From the IMG/VR virus record IMGVR_UViG_3300016445_000001: DNA of 64,000 nt; one strand, given 5' to 3'. A program made the position numbers and the translations under genes. This document shows positions 1 through 8,455 of this stretch, in pieces (the first letter of the stretch is position 1; each line of letters opens with the position of its first letter). Below the pieces are notes generated by a model. That model saw only the letters and a program-made list of their open reading frames with translations. It made no database searches and was not told the origin of the DNA. Origin of the DNA: a virus.

Positions 1-532
1 CCGCTCGGCCGCGAGGCCGGATAGAGCTGCCCACCAGGGCGGCGCGGTATCCCCTGACTCACTCACCAGACCCGGGCAGCCGGATTTCCGAGCGGTGACC
101 ATCACGCCGCCGGCGGCCTGGGAACAGGCGGGAGTATCCCTTAGCTGGTGGCCGGTCACAGAAGCCGGACTAAGAGGCGTACATACGCCGCCAGCAGCCT
201 GGTCGGGATCAACGAGAGCAGCGAGCGCAAAGCCAACGCACCGGAGAATCCGTAGTTAGACCCAGTGGCATCGGTAGGGGCGACCCGAATCCGTTGTGAG
301 TCCCCGCGGCAGCGGTATCCGGCAGGCGGGTGGAGGCGAGGCAGCAAGTGCGCGGACATCCCGAGGTGAGGTGGCCGGGACGTGTCTGCCAGACAGCCCC
401 TGAGCCCGGACGGGCGTTGAAGGGGACCACCGGCCACCACACCACCGCAGGTGCCCTCAATTCGGGAGTGCTCCCGAACGTAGGCCCCACCGGTCGCGCC
501 GCGGCGCGGAGATTAGGAGGGCATACCGGCTC

Positions 533-970
533 TTGGCCGAGCTGGAGGAGGGCCGCAGCGGCGAGCCACGGCTCCGTAACACCGAACACGGCTGGAGCCC
601 GGACCGTCTGCGGCCCGAATTGAGGGCATCTGCAAACCGATCGACCACGACACAGACACAGGAGATGATCATGGGAATGGCAGCCACGCACGAGCTGGGC
701 CAAAACGACCTGGAGCGGCTCGTGGAATGGTTCACCTACTCCATGCCGATGGACCAGCGCCACCGCCTGATGGCCGAGATGCCGGTCCTGTACGCCAAGC
801 TGTTCCCCGGCGTGCGCCCGTCCGCGGTGACCGCAGAGGTTGCCGTCGGGATCGAGCGCGTCCGCGAGGAGCAGCGCACCAAGCGGGCAGCCCAGCTCGA
901 TGGGATGCTCGCGGCCGAGCTGTACTGCGAGGCCGAGCTGGACCCGGCTCTGCAAGAGCCACCGTTCTAG
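533..970 (+). CDS. hypothetical protein (start uncertain: TTG 533, or ATG 665/671)
   Basis: ORF track 145 aa. Leader GACACAGGAG (655-664) plus TGATCATG (666-673) favours the shorter form. GC-rich third positions. Confidence 0.5.
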   Translation: MAELEEGRSGEPRLRNTEHGWSPDRLRPELRASANRSTTTQTQEMIMGMAATHELGQNDLERLVEWFTYSMPMDQRHRLMAEMPVLYAKLFPGVRPSAVTAEVAVGIERVREEQRTKRAAQLDGMLAAELYCEAELDPALQEPPF

Positions 971-976
971 GAGCTG

Positions 977-1225
977 ATGATGACCCACACGCACTACGAG
1001 GTGCGCGCTGCTGATCACCGGCCGGGCGAGCACGTTGCCCGGACCGGTGGCAGCACCGAGAAGGAGTTCGACTACGCCTCGGGCACCCTGGCCCGGCTGG
1101 CGTCAGAGGCCGAGCCCGGCCGCACCTGGCAGGTCCGCTACCGCGGCCACCCCGGCCAGGGCAGCGAGGATCTGCTGGTGGCTGCCTGGCTGGACGGCCA
1201 GCGGATCGAGCTGAGCCACCTATGA
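977..1225 (+). CDS. hypothetical protein
   Basis: 82-aa ORF preceded by AGGAGCTGA (969-977). Its stop overlaps the next start. Confidence 0.6.
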   Translation: MMTHTHYEVRAADHRPGEHVARTGGSTEKEFDYASGTLARLASEAEPGRTWQVRYRGHPGQGSEDLLVAAWLDGQRIELSHL

Positions 1226-1524
1226 CCCTGACCAAGCGGCAGGCACCCGCCAGCCCGGCACCACGCCACCCGGCGTGGTGGACGGTCAGCACCACCTGGG
1301 ACTGGCACGGCAAGCAGCTCACCAAGGGCTGGACCGTGCGGATCAGGGACCAGCGCGGCACGCTCGGGTTCATCGAGCACGTGATCGCGCCGCCCCGCCC
1401 AGGCTCGGGCAAGCGCCTCACCAAGGAGTGGGTGACCCTGATGGGTCCGACCGGATACCGCAGCGTCACCCCCGACAAGATCACGGCGGCCTACCCGCCG
1501 ATCAAGACAAGGAAACGATCATGA
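1222..1524 (+). CDS. hypothetical protein
   Basis: 100-aa ORF with ATGA-type overlaps to both neighbours. Confidence 0.6.
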   Translation: MTLTKRQAPASPAPRHPAWWTVSTTWDWHGKQLTKGWTVRIRDQRGTLGFIEHVIAPPRPGSGKRLTKEWVTLMGPTGYRSVTPDKITAAYPPIKTRKRS

Positions 1525-1895
1525 ACACCCCCGTGGCCAACTGCATGGGCACCGGGCGCAAGTGGCGGGACGCACCGGGCCGACGCCCGGTGTGCCCGTT
1601 CTGCCGCCGCGGCCCCAAGTCGCTGGGCATGGCGCGCACGCCGCGCCGCCTCGGCGATGGCTACGCCGGCCAGGTGCCACCGCACCAGGATCTGCGGGTA
1701 GCCCCGCTGGCCGGCCTGTACCCCGTCACCAGTGACCTGGCCGCCGGCTGCACGCAGGCCGGCGAGATCGTCATCGTGACCACCGAGGGCACCAGCCGCG
1801 TGGCGGTGCCCGACCCCCGCAAGCTCCAGCTCGCGCTGGACGCTGCCACCCGGCAGCAGCGCAAGATCCGCTACCCAAGCAAGGAGACATCCTGA
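1521..1895 (+). CDS. hypothetical small Cys-containing protein
   Basis: In-frame ATG at 1521 within ORF 1275..1895, directly after the upstream stop. N-terminal C-x18-CPFC arrangement suggests a zinc ribbon. Confidence 0.55.
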   Translation: MNTPVANCMGTGRKWRDAPGRRPVCPFCRRGPKSLGMARTPRRLGDGYAGQVPPHQDLRVAPLAGLYPVTSDLAAGCTQAGEIVIVTTEGTSRVAVPDPRKLQLALDAATRQQRKIRYPSKETS

Positions 1896-2530
1896 TGACT
1901 GACAAGGAGCGCCCGGCCTGGCGGCTGGTGACCAGCTCGCCAAGCTCCACCGCGCATGAGCACAACTACGACGGCCAGACGCTGCGCCACAGCCACGAGG
2001 GCGGGCGCACTCCCCACGGCTACTTTGAGCACACCGAGGACGGCCACCCGCACGCCCACACCGAGGATGGCCCCGAGGGCTGCCACCGGTGCCAGCTCCT
2101 GCGGGACCTGGCCGGCGTGGACTGGGCAGCGATCGAGGCCGCCGCGGTGCGCGGCGGCTCCGGTGGCGTGCCGATCGAGATCGACCACGCAGAGGCCGCC
2201 CGGGTGATCCGCAACCGGCTGCGCGCCGAGCTGGGTGAGCCCGGCTGCGGCATGGGCATGCAGGTGCAGGAGCCCGAGCAGGAGGGGAGCCCCGGTCCTG
2301 GCCGGTTCGCACACCAGGCGTCCGCCCTGGCGGTCGAGCCCCGCAACGTGGAGCTGTCCGAGAGCCGGCGCATCAAGCTGCTGGCCGGCCTGCTGGGCCT
2401 GGACCCCGCCACCCGCGCCGACCTGCTGGAGCTGGTCGAGCACTGGGCGTTCAGCGGGTTCGTGGACACCGAGAAGCGGGACGCGCAGAAGATCATGATG
2501 CAGCTCTACGAGAAGGGTGGCCTGAAATAG
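1895..2530 (+). CDS. hypothetical His-rich protein
   Basis: 211-aa ORF. Its start overlaps the upstream stop. His/Glu-rich N-terminus (HEHNYDGQTLRHSHEGGRTPHGYFEHTEDGHPHAHTED). Confidence 0.6.
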   Translation: MTDKERPAWRLVTSSPSSTAHEHNYDGQTLRHSHEGGRTPHGYFEHTEDGHPHAHTEDGPEGCHRCQLLRDLAGVDWAAIEAAAVRGGSGGVPIEIDHAEAARVIRNRLRAELGEPGCGMGMQVQEPEQEGSPGPGRFAHQASALAVEPRNVELSESRRIKLLAGLLGLDPATRADLLELVEHWAFSGFVDTEKRDAQKIMMQLYEKGGLK

Positions 2531-2554
2531 TCCCCATTGTCAGTGGCCTATGTT

Positions 2555-2570
2555 AAGCTGTTGACAGAGA
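2555..2570 (+). promoter_or_regulatory. conserved 16-bp element AAGCTGTTGACAGAGA (contains TTGACA), copy 1
   Basis: Exact 16-mer also present at 7202-7217. Lies in the gap between genes ending 2530 and starting 2586. No convincing -10 at 17-18 bp here. Confidence 0.35.
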
Positions 2571-2585
2571 AGGACAAGGACCAAG

Positions 2586-2903
2586 GTGAAGATGATGACT
2601 GAGACGCAGACCCCGTGCCCGAGCGGCCACACCGCGGAGGAGCACAACGCCTACCTGGACCACCTGGCCGACGTGGTGGTGACCAGCGCGTTCCGCGCCC
2701 ACCCCGACTGCCCGGACGCAGCTATCGCCTGCGCCCTCCAGCTCGTGGACGCGCTGATGGTGCCCGCGCTGCTGGAGGAGTGCGGCCGGCCGGAAGCGTC
2801 CGACCACCCGGTGAAGATCGGGAAGTGGACGCCCGGCCTGCACGGCGACGATGACGGCCAGGCGGCCCGCGAGTTCGACCTGATCGAAAGAGGTGAGCTG
2901 TGA
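2586..2903 (+). CDS. hypothetical protein
   Basis: 105-aa ORF (GTG 2586, alternative ATG 2592). Overlaps the next start. Confidence 0.55.
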   Translation: MKMMTETQTPCPSGHTAEEHNAYLDHLADVVVTSAFRAHPDCPDAAIACALQLVDALMVPALLEECGRPEASDHPVKIGKWTPGLHGDDDGQAAREFDLIERGEL

Positions 2904-3415
2904 CCCCCGAGCAGCTCGTGCGGACCGCAGAGCGCGGCGGCCAGGTCCCCCTGGACCTGGCGCTGCGCGCCGTCCGCCAGGCCGGGAAGCACCCCGGCAT
3001 AGACGCCATGACCCACGCAGGCGACCGCCTGGTGCGCCAGCTCAGCCCGGACGCCCGCCTGGTGGTGGACGAGTCCTGCTGCATCGTGCTGGTGACGCCG
3101 GGCAGCCGGATCACCGTGAGCAACGTGGCCGACTGGCAGGAGGCCCTCGGCGAGGGCCGCCAGTTCGCCGCGATCTACGCCGAGGACGCCGAGCAGGCCC
3201 GCCGCGAGGCCAGCCTGGAGCACGGCCGGCGCTGGTGGGAGGCCCGCCGCCACATCTGGCACCTCTACAAGGCGTTCCGCACGATGGACAAAGCCGGGCA
3301 GGACGCGCTCACCGAGCGGTTCCTGGCCGACTACGACGCCAGCGACACCCAGCTCTCCATCGAGGACTGGGCACCGCACTGGGCGCTGGAGCGGACCGAT
3401 GGCCAACAAAGCTAG
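2900..3415 (+). CDS. hypothetical protein
   Basis: 171-aa ORF with a GTGA overlap to the upstream gene. Confidence 0.6.
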   Translation: MTPEQLVRTAERGGQVPLDLALRAVRQAGKHPGIDAMTHAGDRLVRQLSPDARLVVDESCCIVLVTPGSRITVSNVADWQEALGEGRQFAAIYAEDAEQARREASLEHGRRWWEARRHIWHLYKAFRTMDKAGQDALTERFLADYDASDTQLSIEDWAPHWALERTDGQQS

Positions 3416-3629
3416 CGCCCACCCCCGCGGTGAGCTGGCCAAGCTGTGGGCCATCGCGGTCCAGGCAGGATGGTCTGTCACCCGCTGCACCGGCAGCGGT
3501 CACTGGCGCTGGTCCCCGCCGCAGGGTGGCAAGCCGGTCTACACCGGCAACACCCCCGGCGAGGGCCGCGCCCACGCCAACGCGCTCGCCCGGCTGCGCC
3601 GGGCGGGCCTACGAGTGAACGGAAGATGA
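3399..3629 (+). CDS. HicA-like small protein (YcfA/HicA fold candidate)
   Basis: 76 aa. Pattern AGWSVTRCTGSGHWRWSPPQGGKPV...ALARLRRAGL resembles the HicA signature (GW..., GSxH, ...L+xxGL). Motif-level only. Confidence 0.45.
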   Translation: MANKASAHPRGELAKLWAIAVQAGWSVTRCTGSGHWRWSPPQGGKPVYTGNTPGEGRAHANALARLRRAGLRVNGR

Positions 3630-4432
3630 TCATGCAGTTCTGGCATGACAACAAGATCGAGGGCCAGTGGATCGGCGACCCCGCCGACCTGGCCAAGCAG
3701 TTCTGGCAGAGCAAGACGGTCTGGCCCGGCCGGGCCAACGACCCGAACGACCCCATGAGCACCGACGGCGCGCTGCGCCGGTGGATCTCCGACCCCGACG
3801 GGCTGAACAGCTCGTGGGATGACGCCACCGACTACGCCGCGCTGCTGGAGGTGGTCCGCCGCGCCCGGCCTACCGGGTACAGCGCCGCGCTCGGCCGGGA
3901 GATCACGGTCGGCGAGGTGGAGGACTACGTGGCCCAGGCCGCTGCCGGGCTGGAGCGCGAGCGCCACCCGCTCTACCGCATCGAGGTGCCGCCGCTGAAC
4001 CCCGGCACGCAGGAGCGGGCCGCCGCTGCTGGCCTGATGCCGCGCCCCGCGGTGGCACCCAAGGAGATCCAGCTCCTCGGGCTGGATGACGAGGAGCTGG
4101 CCAGGGCGGTGCTGGACGCCGCGGAGGCAGCCCATGACCACCGGGCCGCCACGCCGGTCCGGTCCGGTGCCGCCACGATCGCCTGGATCGTGCCGCCCGC
4201 CGTGGCGGCGCAGATGACCGAGCTGGCCCATGACGAGGTGCCGGTGCTGATCGAGCTGGACAGCTCGGGGCAGCCGGTGCCCGCTGCTGAGGGGCCGGCG
4301 TTCGACTGGCCCGAGGGCGACGATGCCACATCCCTGGACGCCGGCACGCCCGGCGTCACCCACCCGCACCGGGCCGGCGGCGAGCCGCCCAGCGATGGAG
4401 AGGAGGCACCCGGTGACAACTACATCGCCTGA
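3626..4432 (+). CDS. hypothetical protein
   Basis: In-frame ATG 3626 (or 3632) inside ORF 3446..4432, at an ATGATCATG stop-start junction with the upstream gene. Confidence 0.6.
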   Translation: MIMQFWHDNKIEGQWIGDPADLAKQFWQSKTVWPGRANDPNDPMSTDGALRRWISDPDGLNSSWDDATDYAALLEVVRRARPTGYSAALGREITVGEVEDYVAQAAAGLERERHPLYRIEVPPLNPGTQERAAAAGLMPRPAVAPKEIQLLGLDDEELARAVLDAAEAAHDHRAATPVRSGAATIAWIVPPAVAAQMTELAHDEVPVLIELDSSGQPVPAAEGPAFDWPEGDDATSLDAGTPGVTHPHRAGGEPPSDGEEAPGDNYIA

Positions 4433-4976
4433 CGTCAAGCTGGCCAACCGCTGGCACTGCGTCCACCGCGGCAACCCCGCGGCCGGGCTGCGGCATGACG
4501 AGGGCATGGGCAAGCCGCCGCGCCAGAAGTGCTCGGGCTGCGGTGGCGAGTTCGTCCACGAGCAGGGCCTGCTCGGCGTGTTCGCCTGGCGGCAGGACGG
4601 GCGCTATCCCGCGGGTGACTCCCGCGGCACGCGGCTCACCGACCGGGCCGCGCAGCGGCTCGCCGACAAGCTCAACGCCGAGGACCCCGACGGGGCACCC
4701 GCTGGCGGCTACGTCGTGCGCTGGATACCCGAGGGCATGCTGGGGGAGCCCGCCACTCCCAAGCCTGCCTGGGTCCGCGTGGAGCCCGGCTGGTGTACCT
4801 GTCACATGCCGCCCGAGAAGCACGATCGGTGGGAGATCAAGGACCCCAACGGGAACGGCAAGAACTACCTGATCTCCGACGCGGCGATCCGCACGTTCGG
4901 CCGCCGCCACATCGAGGAGCTGCTGTCCCGTGCTGTGCCGGGCGTGCCGCTGCCCGAGGAGGCGTGGCAGGTATGA
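4413..4976 (+). CDS. hypothetical Cys-containing protein
   Basis: GTG 4413 lies 6 nt after AGGAGG (4401-4406), in frame with ORF 4323..4976. Confidence 0.55.
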   Translation: MTTTSPDVKLANRWHCVHRGNPAAGLRHDEGMGKPPRQKCSGCGGEFVHEQGLLGVFAWRQDGRYPAGDSRGTRLTDRAAQRLADKLNAEDPDGAPAGGYVVRWIPEGMLGEPATPKPAWVRVEPGWCTCHMPPEKHDRWEIKDPNGNGKNYLISDAAIRTFGRRHIEELLSRAVPGVPLPEEAWQV

Positions 4977-5434
4977 CCCTCCCGCCGAGCGGCCGGACCA
5001 AGCGCACCGCCCCCGTGGACTCGGGGGAGATGGGCTGGGTGGTGACGTTCCACTACGACCGGCCGATCGGCGCGGGCCGCCCGCGCGTCACCCAGGCGCA
5101 GCACACCGTGGTGTGGTTCGCCCAGCACCGGCTGATCGCCGGCATACTGGAGATCGAGGCCGGCACGCACAACCGGATCAGCGCGGCGTTCGCCGCGATC
5201 GGCGCGGTCGCTGACATCGGCCGGCTGGAGCCCGGGGACAAGAACCGGGAACGGATGCGCAAGCAGCGCGCCGCCTCCGGGCACTGCAACATCTGCCAGG
5301 CGCAGCGGAGGCTGCGCCGGTACAGGACACTGACACTGACACAGGAGCTGATCACCGATGGGGGAACGACCCAAGGGGCCGATCGACCGGAGCTGGACCC
5401 CGCCGAGCGCGTGGCAGCAGGCGCTGCTGCGTGA
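4973..5434 (+). CDS. hypothetical protein
   Basis: ATG 4973 overlaps the upstream stop (ATGA). Its 3' end overlaps the next gene by about 77 nt. Confidence 0.45.
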   Translation: MTLPPSGRTKRTAPVDSGEMGWVVTFHYDRPIGAGRPRVTQAQHTVVWFAQHRLIAGILEIEAGTHNRISAAFAAIGAVADIGRLEPGDKNRERMRKQRAASGHCNICQAQRRLRRYRTLTLTQELITDGGTTQGADRPELDPAERVAAGAAA

Positions 5435-6362
5435 CATCATCGCGCGGCTCAACCAGCACAATGACGAGGACACCCTGCCGCGCAGCCCCCGCGGCCTGTT
5501 CTACGACCTGCGGCCCAACGGGATGGGCAACGGGCTGACCTACGTCAAGCAGCCGCAGATGTGGTGCGTCCGCGGCGAGCACGTGATCGAGGGCGAGGGC
5601 CGCTGCCAGGCGCACCGCGGGCCGAGCCGCCGCGTGGACGAGACGCACATCAGCCCCAAGCACGTGCAGGAGACGCTGGTGCTGGCCCGCCGTGCCGGGC
5701 TCGTCCGCGAGAACTGGATCGAGGACACCCGGGCACCAACACCGGACGTCCCCTACTACTCCGACAGCTATGCGGAGGATCTGGTCGATGCCCTGGTGGA
5801 CGAGATCCGCCACCCCAACATCACCTGGTCCCCGCAGAACGGCCAGGACGTCTACCTGGAGGTGCTGGTCGAGGCGGCCGGCCTGATCGGCCGCACCGCC
5901 CGCGTCTGCCGTCCCTACGGCGTGCCGGTCTACTCGGGCGGCGGGTTCGATGGGCTCAAGGGCAAGCGGGCGTTCGCCTCCCGCGCGGCCGAGCGGCAGG
6001 TGCCGACGGTGGTGCTGCGGATCTCCGACTACGACGATCACGGGCTGATGATGTCCGAGAGCACCGCGGCCGACTGCGAAGCCTGGGCGATCATGTACTA
6101 CGGCTGTGACCCGGACAAGCTGACGTTTGAGCGGATCGCGCTGACCTACGAGCAGGCCGACGCCAACGACCTGCTGGACGCCGCGGGCAAGGCCGAGGCC
6201 GACGGGCTCCCGGTGCCGGTGATGGACGCCATCCTCCGCGATGCCATCGAGGCCCGCCAGGACCCGGACATCGCCGCCCGCAACATCGAGCGCGCCGAGG
6301 AGGAGACAGCCCGGGTGACCGAGCTGGTGCTGGCCGCGCTGAACGGTGGCGAGGACGAGTGA
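5358..6362 (+). CDS. Spo11/topoisomerase VI subunit A-like protein (CAP-Tyr plus Toprim motifs)
   Basis: 334 aa. PRGLFYDL resembles the Spo11/Top6A catalytic-Tyr motif. YLEVLVEAAG supplies a Toprim-type Glu and VVLRISDYDDHG a DxD. Behind leader GACACAGGAGCTGA. Confidence 0.45.
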   Translation: MGERPKGPIDRSWTPPSAWQQALLRDIIARLNQHNDEDTLPRSPRGLFYDLRPNGMGNGLTYVKQPQMWCVRGEHVIEGEGRCQAHRGPSRRVDETHISPKHVQETLVLARRAGLVRENWIEDTRAPTPDVPYYSDSYAEDLVDALVDEIRHPNITWSPQNGQDVYLEVLVEAAGLIGRTARVCRPYGVPVYSGGGFDGLKGKRAFASRAAERQVPTVVLRISDYDDHGLMMSESTAADCEAWAIMYYGCDPDKLTFERIALTYEQADANDLLDAAGKAEADGLPVPVMDAILRDAIEARQDPDIAARNIERAEEETARVTELVLAALNGGEDE

Positions 6363-7027
6363 TCATCCTTGACGGCTGCTGCGGCGCAGGAGGAGCTGCC
6401 CGCGGCTACACCGACGCCGGGCACGAGGTGTGGGGCGTGGACAGCGAGTGGCAGCCCAACTACCTCAAGTCCGGCGCGGTCAAGGTCTGGAAGGGGGACG
6501 TCCTGCGGGCGCTGCGCGTCCGGTCGCTGATCGAGCAGGTGGGCCTGATCCACCTGAGCCCGCCGTGCCAGCGCGGCTCCAAGATGACCAACTGCCGGCC
6601 CGGCCTGGCGGCCACCTACCCGGACCTGGTGGCCGCCGTCCGCGAGGCGGCGATCGAGACGGGCCTGCCGTATGTGATCGAGCAGCCCGAGCACGGCACC
6701 CCGCTGATCAACCCCACCACCCTGTGCGGCTGGATGTTCGGCTACGAGACGTACCGCCACCGCTGCTTTGAGGCTGGCGGCGGGCTGGTCCTGGCGCAGC
6801 CCCCGCAGCCGCCTGCGGGCAGCACCGGGCTCCGGTCATGTGGCTGGCCCCACCCGGTGGCCGCGGCGCGAGCGGGGCACTGGGAGCCGGGCAAGTTCGT
6901 CTCGGTGGCCGGGCACGAGCGGGTGACGCAGACGCGGCGGGTGATGGCGATCGACTGGACCAACCGCGAGGAGCTGGCCGAGGCTGTGCCGCCCTACATG
7001 ACGCGCTGGATCGGGGAGCAGCTATGA
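6359..7027 (+). CDS. DNA (cytosine-5) methyltransferase
   Basis: Motif I ILDGCCGAGG, motif IV SPPCQ, C-terminal AEAVPPYM. 222 aa, short phage-type enzyme. Confidence 0.88.
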   Translation: MIILDGCCGAGGAARGYTDAGHEVWGVDSEWQPNYLKSGAVKVWKGDVLRALRVRSLIEQVGLIHLSPPCQRGSKMTNCRPGLAATYPDLVAAVREAAIETGLPYVIEQPEHGTPLINPTTLCGWMFGYETYRHRCFEAGGGLVLAQPPQPPAGSTGLRSCGWPHPVAAARAGHWEPGKFVSVAGHERVTQTRRVMAIDWTNREELAEAVPPYMTRWIGEQL

Positions 7028-7239
7028 GGAGACTGCGCCGGCTGCTGGACAGCCTGGCCATCATCTGGATCTTGGTCGCCGCCTACGCCACCTGGATCGG
7101 CAACGGGGCCGCGGTGGTGTGGTCCCTGGTCGCCGCGCTCGGCGCGGTGCTAGGAGCGGGCGTCTGCTACTGGCTGGAGGGCCGGAATAAAAAGGCACGG
7201 GAAGCTGTTGACAGAGACGTAGGCAATAAGCCACAATAG
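7024..7239 (+). CDS. small membrane protein (2 TM)
   Basis: ATG 7024 overlaps the methyltransferase stop. Two hydrophobic helices (IIWILVAAYATWI, VVWSLVAALGAVLGAGVCYWL). Confidence 0.6.
   Translation: MRRLRRLLDSLAIIWILVAAYATWIGNGAAVVWSLVAALGAVLGAGVCYWLEGRNKKAREAVDRDVGNKPQ
7202..7237 (+). promoter_or_regulatory. candidate promoter: AAGCTGTTGACAGAGA (copy 2), TTGACA 7208-7213, CACAAT 7232-7237
   Basis: TTGACA with an 18-bp spacer to CACAAT. Followed by GACACAGGAGCTGA and ATG 7267. Confidence 0.4.
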
Positions 7240-7266
7240 AGATAGACCAAGACACAGGAGCTGACA

Positions 7267-7479
7267 ATGGCAAGGATCACCGGCAGGGGCCACGGCGTCA
7301 AAGCCGCAGGCGTCCACCAGGTGGTTGCCACGCAGGACGAGATCGCCGCGTGGCGCAAGCGTTACCCCCGCAGGCACCCGCCCTACCGGATCGCGTGCGA
7401 CTCGTGCGGGACGCGGATGTGGCTGTCGGGCATCGGGCTCGGCGCACACCGCCGTGCATGCAAAGGGAGGCAGTCATGA
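7267..7479 (+). CDS. hypothetical small protein
   Basis: 70-aa ORF behind AGGAGCTGA (7256-7264). Confidence 0.55.
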   Translation: MARITGRGHGVKAAGVHQVVATQDEIAAWRKRYPRRHPPYRIACDSCGTRMWLSGIGLGAHRRACKGRQS

Positions 7480-7889
7480 ACCTGGACCCCTCGCTGGCGT
7501 TCACCGCGCTGCTGGACTTCTGGCCGGGCCTGACGTCCGACCAGTCCGACGCGCTGATCGCCGAGCTGGCCCCGGCCATGACCGCGGCCAACCCCAAGGA
7601 CCGCTGGACGTTCGCCAAGCGGTGGATCGAGGGCCGGCGCGAGCTGGCCGAGAACGGCGACTGCTGCTCGGAGTGCGGCGGCCACCTGGCGGTCAGCCCG
7701 GAGTCGGGCTGCTGCTGCCTGGTCTGCCCGGACTGCAAGGGCTGGGTCATGCGGGATGAGCCGGTGCATGACTTCACGATCATGCTGGCCCCGCCCATCA
7801 AGATCGCCGGCGCGGTGGTCGGCCACAGCGACGTCCGCGAGTGCCGCTGGTGCGGTCACCAGGTCCCTGCCGCGGCGGTGACGTCATGA
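7476..7889 (+). CDS. hypothetical Cys-rich protein
   Basis: ATG 7476 after GGGAGG. Cys clusters CCSECGG, CCCLVCPDC, CRWCG suggest zinc binding. Confidence 0.6.
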   Translation: MNLDPSLAFTALLDFWPGLTSDQSDALIAELAPAMTAANPKDRWTFAKRWIEGRRELAENGDCCSECGGHLAVSPESGCCCLVCPDCKGWVMRDEPVHDFTIMLAPPIKIAGAVVGHSDVRECRWCGHQVPAAAVTS

Positions 7890-8128
7890 CGCCCAAGCTC
7901 GGCGAGCAGTACCAGGCCGGGCACCTGCCCGCCGGCAGCGTGGTCACCACGAGCACCCGCGCGGAGTACGTTATCGGCCGGTCCGGGCTGTGCATGAAGT
8001 GGGAGCAGCCGATCCCCCTCTCCGACACCTGGCGGGTGACCTACGCCGGGCGGCTGCCCTACGGCATCTGGATGACGCACCGGGAGCGCGCCGAGGTGGA
8101 CGAGGCCCGGGAGAGGTGGGCGGCATGA
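7886..8128 (+). CDS. hypothetical protein
   Basis: ATG 7886 overlaps the upstream stop (ATGA). 80 aa. Confidence 0.55.
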   Translation: MTPKLGEQYQAGHLPAGSVVTTSTRAEYVIGRSGLCMKWEQPIPLSDTWRVTYAGRLPYGIWMTHRERAEVDEARERWAA

Positions 8129-8415
8129 CTGACAAGACGGTGATGGTGGCCTGCCGGCCACGCGAGCTGCGGCCCGGCATGGTCGCCGAGGCGTTCAGCG
8201 CCCGGGACGGCGGGTGGGGCCACTACGAGATCGAGAAGGTCGAGAAGCGGCCCGGCCGCCGCGAGCGCGGCCTGGAGCCTGTGCCCACCCGCTACTGGGT
8301 CTGGTACAAGGGCATCCCCGGTCGGCGCACCCTGACCCCCACGGCGACGGTGACGATCACCGCCGCCAGCTACTACAAGATCACCGAGGACCAAACCAGG
8401 GCGGGCTCTAGCTGA
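8125..8415 (+). CDS. hypothetical protein
   Basis: ATG 8125 overlaps the upstream stop. 96 aa. Stop codon lies inside the hairpin 8396-8426. Confidence 0.55.
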   Translation: MTDKTVMVACRPRELRPGMVAEAFSARDGGWGHYEIEKVEKRPGRRERGLEPVPTRYWVWYKGIPGRRTLTPTATVTITAASYYKITEDQTRAGSS

Positions 8416-8426
8416 GCCCGCCCTGG
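8396..8426 (+). terminator. stem-loop (13-bp perfect stem CCAGGGCGGGCTC / GAGCCCGCCCTGG, 5-nt loop)
   Basis: Read directly at the end of the rightward early gene string. No T-tract, as is often seen in GC-rich actinobacterial DNA. Confidence 0.55.
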
Positions 8427-8455
8427 CCTGCATTCCCCACGCCAAGAGGAGAAGC

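Noticed and set aside
1-532. RNase P RNA, tmRNA or other known structured RNA in the ORF-poor left end.
   Set aside because: I could not find the conserved GAGGAAAGTCC/ACAGAA-type RNase P blocks or a tmRNA tag reading frame with a tRNA-like 3' end on either strand. The question is left open as a low-interest finding only.
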